From a virus (taxonomy: Duplodnaviria; Caudoviricetes), in the IMG/VR virus record IMGVR_UViG_3300022822_000003, positions 1-44,962 of that record: a stretch of DNA of 44,962 nucleotides; one strand, 5' to 3'. Each line of letters opens with the position of its first letter. The stretch's first letter is position 1. The notes beneath the pieces are model-generated. The model was given only the letters and a program-made list of their open reading frames with translations. It had not been told where the DNA came from and did no database searches. The position numbers and the translations under genes were made by a program. This document shows positions 1 to 9,038 of this stretch, in pieces.

Positions 1-127
1 CTAAGTTAGTGGGTACACCTTTGCGCCTATTGGGTGAAGGGCTTAACGCCATAAACGAGTTCATCGCAGTGCCTGAAGAGAGAGAAGGCATAATCAGTGC
101 GGGTGCTGAGACCATCGGGCAAGTGAT
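1..127. repeat. 127-bp terminal direct repeat (copy 1), circular-assembly overlap
   Basis: Positions 1-127 are identical to 44836-44962, and the large ORF reads through the junction in frame. Confidence 0.97.
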
Positions 128-3100
128 TGGTACTAGGATTGCCCCGACTGCGATGCTGTCTGCATTCTTTAGCACCTCGGCACACCAGGAGTACGAAGCA
201 GCCAAGCGTGAAGGCGCAACTGAAATGCAGGCCACAGCGGTTGGACTACTGTCGGGCACATGGGAAGCGGGCTCCGAGTTCGCAGGAGCCCATAAGATCA
301 TGGAATTGATCCCGAAGAATATGACCAACAACCTATTAAAAGATGCAGTTGAGGTCGTCATGGCTTCGGGCATCGAGCTGCTCGAAGAGCTTGGCGCGAG
401 TTACGCTAAGCAGCTCACTCACATGGGTATCTATGACCCAGACCGCGAGTTCGACTTTGCGGGTGACATGACCGCAACCGATGCAGCTGGCATGTTCAGT
501 GGCATCGCGCTGATGAGTTCCATCGGCAAGCGTAACAGCTACATTAATCAACGCGAAGAACAAGCGCAACAGGTTGAGAACCAACGTGATGGGCTACTGA
601 GATTGCGTGAAGCGGCAGAGCAGAGCCGCACCTTTGGTCGGAACAAAGCAGCTTTCGCCGACTTTGTCGACAACGTCAACCCGGACAAAGAAGACCCCAA
701 CGTGTATGTCGACGCCGAGTCGGTGAACACGTTCTTTCAAACCAATGGCCAAGAAGCCTCTGAGATATTTGAGCAGATGGGTCTAGGCCTAGCGTTCGCT
801 GAAGCAGTGCAAGAAGGCAGCGACCTACGCGTACCTCTGTCTGCACTGGTCACAATGGAAGACACCGAACACTTCGGCGCCATGCTTGATGATGTGCGCT
901 ACAGCGTTGGCGACAATACGGCTCGCGAATTACGCGAGAAGATGGACCCGGAATCCATCAGCATTGAAGAAGAAGCGGACCGGCTGTTTAAAGAAGGCAT
1001 CGTGACAGAAGAGACGACTAACGTCGCGAACGACGCAGCCTCGCAGCTAAAAGATCAGCTCGTCAAGACGGGCCGGTTTGAGGCGGATACCGCTGAGCAG
1101 TACGCCTCTTTGCACAAAGCATTCATCACCACATTCGTTGGTCGAGGCTTTGCCACTGCGGAGCAGATGAAGCAGTATTACAACCTCGAGATCATTGACA
1201 AAGCAGGCGTGCTGCCTGATGGCGTCACCCTCAATCAATCAGAGACGACCGAGTATGAGCAGGCTGTCGCTAAAGGGCTAGACATGACAGCGCCTGCTCG
1301 CAAGCAAAGAGCCACCGACATGGGATTCGATGCAGAGACTGTTTATTACCACGGTACGGGTTCTGATATTCGAGCTTTTGAACCAGGGGCGCGAAGACCT
1401 GATAGAGATTTTACTTTTGTCACGCCAGATTTTGAAGAAGCGGAGTCCTTTGCTGAAGGTGTAGTTGGGGACAATGGAGGGAGGGAAGTGGTATACCCTC
1501 TTTATGTCAAAAAAGGAAAAACATTTGATTATGAGACCGCTAGTTCTGAAGAATTAAAATTGTTAGAAGATTATTTGAAGAAAAAAGTAAACGATGGAGG
1601 TAGAGTCTACAGTGAAGCTGTTGAAGGCCGTTGGGATGTACTTGAGGGGAGGGTGGTGCAATCTTTTCTTAAATCGAATAACTACAATTCATTTGCTACA
1701 TTAGAATCAGGTGTCAAAAACTTAGCAGTATTTAACTCAAACCAGCTTCGCAGCATCAATGCAGCCTTTGATCCCGACTTCGCGGAGAGCGCGAACGTAC
1801 TCAATCAAACCAACCAAGCTGGGCCTATCAACGCAGACGTGTCACTGACGTCCCTCGATACCTCTTTCGAGTTAGCGGGACAAACGCAGCTGCAGAATAT
1901 CAGACAGCTGAAAGAGATACTCCAACAGCGCGTAGAGGAGCAGGGGGTCGACTTGTCGGTAACCTCTCCTGAAGTTAAAGAGTTCCTGATAGAGCTAGGG
2001 CTGAAGGATGCGCTTCAAGCGTTGAAGAGCAATGAGAATGCCATTGGTTGGTATGACGTCACTGTCAGCAAAGCGTTGGCCGTACTCAGCACAATACACC
2101 CCGAGATTGCAACAGATGAGAATGCCAAGTTTGCATTCACCTTTGCCCTGGCTGTCACCTCTAATGGCTTAAAGGTTAAGAAAAACTTCGAGTTAGCTGA
2201 GCGTGTCTACAACCAATACAAACAAACTGGGTTGATGCCCACCAATGTAGAAGCAGGACAAGCTCAGAGCGCGATTAACGAGAGCCTCGCTCAATTCAAC
2301 GAGAAGTCAGCGGAGTACGGCATCGACGTCTACCGCCAATTCATGATCAGCAAATTCTCTATTGGCCAATTAGGGCAGCTAGGCTTTAAAGTTACCGGCG
2401 AGCTGGCTGGCACTGAAGTGTTCGGGGCCATGACACTCGGGCCTAAGATAGGCAACGGGTTCTTCGCGAACCTGAATGGCCACTTCGATCAGCTAACCAT
2501 TGACAGGTGGCTGATGAGAACGTGGGGCCGCTGGACCGGCACGCTGATCGAGCGTAGGCCTGACAGGGTGGAAGCTAAATCAGTTGAACTACAGAAGTAC
2601 ATTTTGCAACTGGCTAAGACGCCGACCAAGTTGGCCGAGTTCCAGAAAGCGTTGCGCATGGACTTTGACATACAGCAAACTGATAAGGTATCGAGAGGCA
2701 AGCCCGTGCTCGAGGTTAGTAACATAGAAGCGGTGGCGGTACAGATCCAGAAGATGTCTGTCTCTAAAGAAGTACGCACTATATTCGACCGCACTAAGTC
2801 TGGGGTGTCGATCCGCACCACTGGCAACTCACTTGCTAAATACATCGATGGCCAGAAAGAAGCACCTCAAAATGGAGCGGAGCGGGCTTGGATGCGCGAG
2901 GTGTTTGACGGGATACTTGTCGACATGCAAGTGGGTGGGTATGCAGACATGACTATGGCTGACCTTCAAGCACTTTTGTGGTATCCTGAAAAACGGTTAT
3001 ATGACGCTGCCAAATCTGCTGAAGACTCAGCTGAAGGGTACAGCGACGACGAGGCCCCTGATTATGCTAATGCAGCAATCGGGCTGGCTAAAGATCAAGG

Positions 3101-6100
3101 GGTAGACCCTGATGTAATTAAGAAAGCGGTATCTGATAATGAGACCAATAGACGCACAGCAGCAGCACGACGAAGCGCCGCAGCCCCAGGGCAAGAAAGC
3201 GACGAAGCAGGAACTGAAGGACTTGATGGCCGGGAACGTAAACGCTTCCTCCAAGGCAACATCCTCTGGAGACATCGATCTCGTAGGACGAGTAGCAGCA
3301 AGACACGGACTTACAAGAAAGCAAGCGCTGGAACTCTTGGAGGCCTTCGGGGGCTAGTTCACGCACCCTCTAACAATTACAACAATGTACTAAATTCTGC
3401 TGAAGCTCTGCCAGTCACGCTGGTGGAGTTAGATTCCACACCTGAATCCGCTGCACTTTTCACGCAGCAAATCCAAACCTCAAAAGATAGCGCCCTATTT
3501 GGTGCCGCTGTCTACATCTACCCGGCATCTGAGTACGAGGGGATGCGCTTATTCTTGTCTGAAGATAAAACCTCGGGCATGGCAATCAAGCCTGATGGCG
3601 ACATCGTCAGCGTGTTTACCAATGGCGGCGGCAAGGTTTACAGCATGCTGTCTCTCGCGGTTGAAATTGGGGGCACCAAGCTTGATGCCTTTGATACTGT
3701 TCTGCCAGACATCTACAACATCGGGGGCTTCACAGAAGTGGGTCGAGATTCGTGGGCAGAAGAGTACAAGCCTGACGACTGGGACAAATCGGTGTTTTCT
3801 GGGTTCAACGAGGGTGAGCCCGATATTGTTTACATGGAGTACCGGCCTGAGGAGATGGACGGCAAAACCTTCAATCAGGATAAAAGCGGGCCGAAAGGCT
3901 CGATCACTTTCCCGGCGGATGGCGTTGGCGAAAACACAACTTACATTAAACTTATGCAGGGTGCGGATCTGTCCACATTTCTCCATGAGTCGGGTCACTT
4001 CTTCCTCGAGATTGCGAAGGACCTAGGCGCACAGCCTGATGCCAAACCGCAACTCGTTGCAATGATGAAGACGCTGACTGACTGGTTCGACACCACAGAA
4101 ATAGGCGTCGAGCAGCATGAGCAGTTTGCGCGTGGGTTTGAAGCCTACCTGCGCGAAGGTAAAGCCCCGAGCGTTGAACTGCAGTCTGTGTTTGACCGTT
4201 TCATGGGCTGGCTCATTGAGATCTATAAAGAGCTCAGACAGTTAAACGTCAAGCTCAACAACGACGTGCGAGAAGTCATGGACCGCATGCTCGCCACCGA
4301 AGATGCGATCAACGAAGTGGAAGAGGTTGCCGGGTTCGGACTCATGTTCGCATCAGCTGAAGAAGCCGGTGTCTCCGAAGAAGAGTACATGGACATGAAG
4401 GTCGCAGCGGAACGTGCGCACAGCGAATCACTTGCAGACGTTCGTCAAAAGCAGATGACTGAGCTCAAGAAGGGGCAAAGCCAGGCGCTACGTGACGAAC
4501 GCAAGATGCTAAGAGAAGAGCTCACTGCCAAGCACGAAGCCGAAGCCGTCTATCAAGTGCGGCACATTCTTATGCACGGCACCTTACCCGATGGCCGAAC
4601 GCCCGTGGGGATGGAAGGGGTCAAGCTCAGTAAGCAGTGGCTCGTCGACAACATGGGCAACGCTGCGGATGCCATCTGGAAGAAGCTACCCAAGGGTAAG
4701 TATCACATGGTAAGCGCATCAGGTATGGATGTTGCACAACTCGCGTCGATGTTCGGCTATGCGTCCGGCACCGAGATGGTCAACGACCTCGCCACAGCAC
4801 CCAAGCTTGCCGATCTGGTTAAGCCACAGGTCGATGAGATCATGGCGATGCGCCACCAGTCGCTAACAGTCAAAGACAATCTAACCCAAGAAGCGATGAG
4901 AGTCGTCGCTGATAAACAACGCAAGCGCGGCATCTATGCCGAGTTGCGCGTACTAGCACGACGTGCGAGCGTCAAGCCCATCACCCAACAAGCACTGCGC
5001 GAGATCGCGAGAAGCAGAGTGGCGGCACTCAAGGTCCGCGACCTACAGCCAAACAGACATTTGCAGGCCATGCGTAAGCATTCGCAAGAAGCAACACGCG
5101 CAATGCTCGAGGGCGATGCTGGGGGTGCTTATAAGCACAAGGCTCAGCAGCTGCTGAACCTACAACTATACAGTCATACGCTTAAAGCGCGAGACCGCGT
5201 CGAGAAAGACCGCAAGTACCTGGCTAAGTTTCAAAAGCCAACAGTCCGTAAAAAGCTGGCTCGCGATTATCTGGATCAGATTGACTCGATCCTCGAGGCA
5301 GTAAGCCTAAAGCAGGGTGTGTCTAACAAAGAGTTGGACCGACGCCAGGCATTCACCGACTGGTACGATGAGCAAGTGGCCACACATGGCAGTGTCGAGA
5401 TGCCTAAAAAATACCTCGAGAAGCTGCGCACTAACTTCCGGGACATGCCGGTGCAGGACCTAATCACCCTAGTAGACAACCTACGCAACATCGAACACCT
5501 GGCCAAGCTCAAGCAGCAGATCCTAGTGGGGCGTGAGCTACGTGACTTCAACGAGACAATGGACGAGGCGCATGCAACCGCGCTCGAGGTTAACCCTCAG
5601 ATCTACTCACCAGAAGCTTATGCGAAGAAGGGTCGATTTGAAGGGTCTAACACCCTGATGGACCCGGACCTAGTAAGCAAGCTACGGGCCGAGCACATCA
5701 AGATGGAGTTCTTAGCTGAGCAGATGGACGGCGATGTCAAAGGGGGCACTTGGTGGAAGTTGTTATTCCAACCAATGGCAGAAGCTGAGAGCGCAGAGCT
5801 CAAAATGATAGAAGAGCTTGGCGCTACGCTTGGGGACATACTCTCAAGTGATACGTTCAAGCACTTGAACCGGGAAGTGACCTTCACTGCTGGAGATCAC
5901 TGGGACCGCAACATGCTGATCAGCGTCGCGCTTAACTGGGGCAACTCGGGCAACCGTATCTCGTTGACTGAAGGACTCGCAGGTAAGGGGGTTGAGGCTT
6001 TGAACATCGAGCAGTTCCTGAACAAGCACATGACCAAGAACGATTGGGATACCGTACAGCAAGTCTGGGACCTGATCGACTCCTACTGGCCAGCGATTGC

Positions 6101-7598
6101 TGCACTGCAGAAGAAGCTGACAGGTGTCGTACCTGAAAAGGTTGAACGCTCTCCCGTCGAGACGCCATTTGGAACCTACCCGGGGGGTTACTACCCACTA
6201 CACTTCGACCCCAAGAAGAACGCCAAGGTCAACGAGCGCAGCCAGAAAGCGGACGTGCTCGAGAATCTATCTGCTAACTTCATCCGACCGGCTACACGCA
6301 AAGGGCATACCAATGAGCGCGAGGGGTCAGGCGGATTGCCTGTTCAGCTAAGCGTCGACGTTATCTCTAAACACCTCGGACAAGTGATACATGACATCGC
6401 GTTTCGCGAAGCAATTATTCAGACTGACAGAGTCATCCAAGACTCGAGGACCATTGACGCGATTAAGCGAGTCGCAGGCGACAGTGTCTATGATGACATG
6501 AGACCTTGGCTTGGCAACGTAGCGGGCAGTGGCCAGATCCCCTTCGATGCAGGGTCACGCATGTGGGGCATCTTGCGAAAGAACGCCACCATCGTGAACA
6601 TGGGATTCAAGCTAACAACTGCAATCGTGCAGCCCTTAGGCCTGACGCAGACGTTTGAAGTGTTGGGGGTTAGTTGGACCCTAACAGGTGCGCAAGAGTT
6701 TTATGGCAGACCTGGACACATTAAAAAGAAAGCAGAGTGGGTAATGGAGAAGTCAGTCATGATGCGCAACCGCATGACTTCGTTCGACCGGGACATCGCT
6801 GACGCGATGCGCTCTGTCACGCAGGGCACTGGCCCCATCGACGAGATTCAGAAGTGGGCGTTCCACCATATCGGCTACATGGATTTGTCAGTTACCATGC
6901 CAACCTGGCTCGGCGCATATCGCAAATCATTGTCAGAGGGCAAGGTTGACAGCGACGCCGTGCTCGAGGCGGACAGCGTCGTGCGCATGACGCAGTCCAG
7001 TGGCAGCGCTAAAGATCTCGCTATGATCCAGCAGGGTGATGGCCGGAAGAAAATGTTCACCATGTTCTACTCGTATTTTTCTGCGATGTACAACCTGATG
7101 CGCAGGCGCAGGAACATCTCGCGCCGACAAGAAGAGATCACCCCCGCCAAAGTGGCACGCAACCTTCAGGCTTTGACTTACTTGGTTGTCATGCCGTCAG
7201 TGCTGGCTGAGTTCGTCGCGGGACGCGGACCCGATGAGGAGGAAGAGTACATGCCTTGGCTTGCTAAGCTGCTCGTCGCCTATCCTTTTATGAGTGCAGT
7301 GTATGTGAGAGACATAGCATCTGCTCTGTCCTCTGACTTCGGCTACGCGATGACCCCTCTCTCTGGTGCCATCGAGTCACTAATTGGATCGACAGAAGCG
7401 GTTGCCGGTCTTGTTGAAGACCCAGCTGACACGCTGACCAGCGAAGGGTTCGCCAAACAACTCATTATGGGTTCGGGTTACTTCCTCGGGCTACCCTCAA
7501 GGCAGGCGTGGCTTGTCACTAATAACTTGATGGACCTGATGGGGGGAGAGTCGCTGAGCTTTTCTGAGTTTATCATGCTTCAAGAGCGTCGCGACTAA
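1..7598 (+). CDS. Giant internal virion (ejection) protein, polyvalent: ART-like, HhH-GPD-like, GNAT-like and zincin (HExxH) domains. This is the 3' part; the gene starts at 44265.
   Basis: Last gene of the internal-virion block, just before the tail fibre. Motifs: YYHGT...FVT...VYPLY...AVF...FDP (1341-1775); WYD...GPKIG...TIDRW...LQALLW (2049-3003); DGDIVSVF...LDAFD..LPDIY..GF (3590-3850); ADLSTFLHESGH...HEQFARGFEAY (3960-4150). Confidence 0.9.
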   Translation, partial: KLVGTPLRLLGEGLNAINEFIAVPEEREGIISAGAETIGQVIGTRIAPTAMLSAFFSTSAHQEYEAAKREGATEMQATAVGLLSGTWEAGSEFAGAHKIMELIPKNMTNNLLKDAVEVVMASGIELLEELGASYAKQLTHMGIYDPDREFDFAGDMTATDAAGMFSGIALMSSIGKRNSYINQREEQAQQVENQRDGLLRLREAAEQSRTFGRNKAAFADFVDNVNPDKEDPNVYVDAESVNTFFQTNGQEASEIFEQMGLGLAFAEAVQEGSDLRVPLSALVTMEDTEHFGAMLDDVRYSVGDNTARELREKMDPESISIEEEADRLFKEGIVTEETTNVANDAASQLKDQLVKTGRFEADTAEQYASLHKAFITTFVGRGFATAEQMKQYYNLEIIDKAGVLPDGVTLNQSETTEYEQAVAKGLDMTAPARKQRATDMGFDAETVYYHGTGSDIRAFEPGARRPDRDFTFVTPDFEEAESFAEGVVGDNGGREVVYPLYVKKGKTFDYETASSEELKLLEDYLKKKVNDGGRVYSEAVEGRWDVLEGRVVQSFLKSNNYNSFATLESGVKNLAVFNSNQLRSINAAFDPDFAESANVLNQTNQAGPINADVSLTSLDTSFELAGQTQLQNIRQLKEILQQRVEEQGVDLSVTSPEVKEFLIELGLKDALQALKSNENAIGWYDVTVSKALAVLSTIHPEIATDENAKFAFTFALAVTSNGLKVKKNFELAERVYNQYKQTGLMPTNVEAGQAQSAINESLAQFNEKSAEYGIDVYRQFMISKFSIGQLGQLGFKVTGELAGTEVFGAMTLGPKIGNGFFANLNGHFDQLTIDRWLMRTWGRWTGTLIERRPDRVEAKSVELQKYILQLAKTPTKLAEFQKALRMDFDIQQTDKVSRGKPVLEVSNIEAVAVQIQKMSVSKEVRTIFDRTKSGVSIRTTGNSLAKYIDGQKEAPQNGAERAWMREVFDGILVDMQVGGYADMTMADLQALLWYPEKRLYDAAKSAEDSAEGYSDDEAPDYANAAIGLAKDQGVDPDVIKKAVSDNETNRRTAAARRSAAAPGQESDEAGTEGLDGRERKRFLQGNILWRHRSRRTSSSKTRTYKKASAGTLGGLRGLVHAPSNNYNNVLNSAEALPVTLVELDSTPESAALFTQQIQTSKDSALFGAAVYIYPASEYEGMRLFLSEDKTSGMAIKPDGDIVSVFTNGGGKVYSMLSLAVEIGGTKLDAFDTVLPDIYNIGGFTEVGRDSWAEEYKPDDWDKSVFSGFNEGEPDIVYMEYRPEEMDGKTFNQDKSGPKGSITFPADGVGENTTYIKLMQGADLSTFLHESGHFFLEIAKDLGAQPDAKPQLVAMMKTLTDWFDTTEIGVEQHEQFARGFEAYLREGKAPSVELQSVFDRFMGWLIEIYKELRQLNVKLNNDVREVMDRMLATEDAINEVEEVAGFGLMFASAEEAGVSEEEYMDMKVAAERAHSESLADVRQKQMTELKKGQSQALRDERKMLREELTAKHEAEAVYQVRHILMHGTLPDGRTPVGMEGVKLSKQWLVDNMGNAADAIWKKLPKGKYHMVSASGMDVAQLASMFGYASGTEMVNDLATAPKLADLVKPQVDEIMAMRHQSLTVKDNLTQEAMRVVADKQRKRGIYAELRVLARRASVKPITQQALREIARSRVAALKVRDLQPNRHLQAMRKHSQEATRAMLEGDAGGAYKHKAQQLLNLQLYSHTLKARDRVEKDRKYLAKFQKPTVRKKLARDYLDQIDSILEAVSLKQGVSNKELDRRQAFTDWYDEQVATHGSVEMPKKYLEKLRTNFRDMPVQDLITLVDNLRNIEHLAKLKQQILVGRELRDFNETMDEAHATALEVNPQIYSPEAYAKKGRFEGSNTLMDPDLVSKLRAEHIKMEFLAEQMDGDVKGGTWWKLLFQPMAEAESAELKMIEELGATLGDILSSDTFKHLNREVTFTAGDHWDRNMLISVALNWGNSGNRISLTEGLAGKGVEALNIEQFLNKHMTKNDWDTVQQVWDLIDSYWPAIAALQKKLTGVVPEKVERSPVETPFGTYPGGYYPLHFDPKKNAKVNERSQKADVLENLSANFIRPATRKGHTNEREGSGGLPVQLSVDVISKHLGQVIHDIAFREAIIQTDRVIQDSRTIDAIKRVAGDSVYDDMRPWLGNVAGSGQIPFDAGSRMWGILRKNATIVNMGFKLTTAIVQPLGLTQTFEVLGVSWTLTGAQEFYGRPGHIKKKAEWVMEKSVMMRNRMTSFDRDIADAMRSVTQGTGPIDEIQKWAFHHIGYMDLSVTMPTWLGAYRKSLSEGKVDSDAVLEADSVVRMTQSSGSAKDLAMIQQGDGRKKMFTMFYSYFSAMYNLMRRRRNISRRQEEITPAKVARNLQALTYLVVMPSVLAEFVAGRGPDEEEEYMPWLAKLLVAYPFMSAVYVRDIASALSSDFGYAMTPLSGAIESLIGSTEAVAGLVEDPADTLTSEGFAKQLIMGSGYFLGLPSRQAWLVTNNLMDLMGGESLSFSEFIMLQERRD
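3139..3357 (+). CDS. Putative nested (out-of-frame) 72-aa protein inside the giant gene
   Basis: ATG preceded by AAGCGGT at 8 nt. The C-terminus DLVGRVAARHGLTRKQALELLEAFGG is amphipathic and helix-turn-helix-like, while the host frame here is an Arg/Ser-rich low-complexity linker. Confidence 0.55.
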   Translation: MRPIDAQQQHDEAPQPQGKKATKQELKDLMAGNVNASSKATSSGDIDLVGRVAARHGLTRKQALELLEAFGG

Positions 7599-7628
7599 CG
7601 CTGAACGATCATAACCTAGGTGTAAAAT
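7598..7628 (+). promoter_or_regulatory. Putative late promoter ACGCTGAACG-N15-TAAAAT
   Basis: Same 10-mer and same spacing to a -10-like hexamer as at 27814 and 36014. Confidence 0.65.
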
Positions 7629-7634
7629 ACAACC

Positions 7635-8789
7635 ATGACAGTAGCCAACACATCAAACGTCGTTAAGTTTAACGGCAACAGCAGCACGACTTCTTTCCCT
7701 TTCACGTTCGCGGTGTTCGCGACGGGCGACGTTGTTGTCGTGCGAACCAGCGCGACAGCGGTAGAGACAGAGCAGACGGTGACCACCCACTACACAGTAA
7801 CGATCAACTCCGACCAGGACGGTAACCCGGGGGGCACAGTCACTATGTTGACTGCTCCACCCTCGGGGGAGAAGCTCACAGTATACAGAGACATCGCGTC
7901 AATCCAGGGGGTGGATCTTGCTAACCAAGGCACCTTCTACCCTGAGGTAATTGAAGATGCGTTTGATCGGCTCACGATGCTCGTCCAAGAGCTTGAAGAG
8001 CGGGGGAACCGCAGCCCTTTGCTCCCGGTATCCACAGGGGTCGGTGGGAGTTTTACACTCGGGGAGCCCGCAGCCGGTGAGCTTGTACGGTACAACGCTG
8101 CTGCCGATGGCATGGAGGCCTCAGGCCTTTCGATAGCGTCCATACCCGCTAATGTTTCAGCGGCTGCAAGCTCTGCTAGTGCTGCCTCAGACTCAGCAGA
8201 TGCTGCTGCACTCAGTGAGACAGCTGCTGCACTCAGTGAGACAGCTGCATCAGACTCAGAAGATGCTGCTGCACTCAGTGAGACAGCTGCCTCAGACTCA
8301 GCAGATGCTGCTGCACTCAGTGCAACTAACGCAACTAACGCTGCGATCACCGCTGCGAATGATGCTGCTAATGACGCAGGCGGGTACTCGCAAAGCCAAG
8401 TAGATGCGTTTGTATCTGATGCGGCGGTGAGGACATCGGTAGGCGCGGCTACCGACTCTAATGTTTTTACTGATGTAGACCACACAAAGTTGAACAGCCT
8501 AGGCGCTCAAACCGTCAAGCTTAACACCAAAGTTATTCAGCTTGGTGTTTGGGACGTGACTGCCTCCCTTAGTAAAGACATTGCTCACGGCCTAACGTGG
8601 ACTAAGATACGAACAATAAATGTTATAATTTATACTGATGATCAATCAGTGGTGAAATATAATGATGCTGCCATCTTTTCAATTTACAACTCTAACATCA
8701 CAGTAACTCTTGATAGTAGTTATAATAGTACAACATATAACGCAACCGATGAAAACCGAGGCTGGATGACCCTCCAGTATGTAGACTAA
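7635..8789 (+). CDS. Tail fibre protein
   Basis: The N-terminus MTV...F.GN..TTSFPFTF...YTV...FYPEVIEDAFDRLTML.Q matches the T7/epsilon15/BPP-1-type fibre adaptor. It is followed by Ala-rich heptad repeats and a small AT-rich C-terminal domain. Confidence 0.88.
   Translation: MTVANTSNVVKFNGNSSTTSFPFTFAVFATGDVVVVRTSATAVETEQTVTTHYTVTINSDQDGNPGGTVTMLTAPPSGEKLTVYRDIASIQGVDLANQGTFYPEVIEDAFDRLTMLVQELEERGNRSPLLPVSTGVGGSFTLGEPAAGELVRYNAAADGMEASGLSIASIPANVSAAASSASAASDSADAAALSETAAALSETAASDSEDAAALSETAASDSADAAALSATNATNAAITAANDAANDAGGYSQSQVDAFVSDAAVRTSVGAATDSNVFTDVDHTKLNSLGAQTVKLNTKVIQLGVWDVTASLSKDIAHGLTWTKIRTINVIIYTDDQSVVKYNDAAIFSIYNSNITVTLDSSYNSTTYNATDENRGWMTLQYVD
8181..8327 (+). repeat. Seven 21-nt tandem units of two types (AASDS[A/E]D and AAALSET) in the tail fibre
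   Basis: gctgcctcagactcagcagat and gctgctgcactcagtgagaca occur in the order A-B-B-A-B-A-B(partial). Confidence 0.9.
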
Positions 8790-8798
8790 TTAAAAATC

Positions 8799-9026
8799 AC
8801 GTCATAATTACGTCAAACCTTATTTAAGTTATTGATTTAAAAGCACCTTAGTTATTATTTGTGATAACTGCATGTCTGTTCTCCTGATAGTTATGTGTGG
8901 CGAGGAATATCGCTTAAACCCTTGCTGCACCTTGCTTTAAGACGCGACCGCTCACCCCCCTGCACCCCCCTTTAAAGCTTGTTATTACCCTTAAACTCAA
9001 ATACTCTACGTCAAAATTACGTCAAA
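8799..9026. other. attP: attP region with arm-type repeats, an IHF site and a candidate core
   Basis: ACGTCA(T/A)AATTACGTCAAA at 8799-8817 and 9008-9026; perfect IHF consensus (AATCAA-TAAC-TTA, minus strand) at 8825-8837; inverted repeat AGTTAT-N8-ATAACT at 8850-8869; immediately upstream of int. Confidence 0.75.
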
Positions 9027-9038
9027 AAGGAGTTCGGG

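Noticed and set aside
1-127. Physical direct terminal repeat of the virion DNA
   Set aside because: It lies mid-gene and its length equals a common assembler k-mer size, so it is best explained as circularisation overlap.
3499-4026. Second nested + strand ORF (175 aa) over the GNAT domain
   Set aside because: It has a non-ATG start and Ser/Arg/Thr-rich shadow-frame composition, and the main frame there carries clear conserved motifs.
7937-8485. Long antisense ORFs opposite the tail fibre, scaffold, terminase and other genes
   Set aside because: They are antisense shadows of well-supported genes or repeats, with no RBS or protein-like features.
8790-9038. tRNA/tmRNA fragment or dusA-type attachment core
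   Set aside because: No tRNA 3'-end-like sequence and no GCNCCNATG...GACTGG consensus is seen on either strand.
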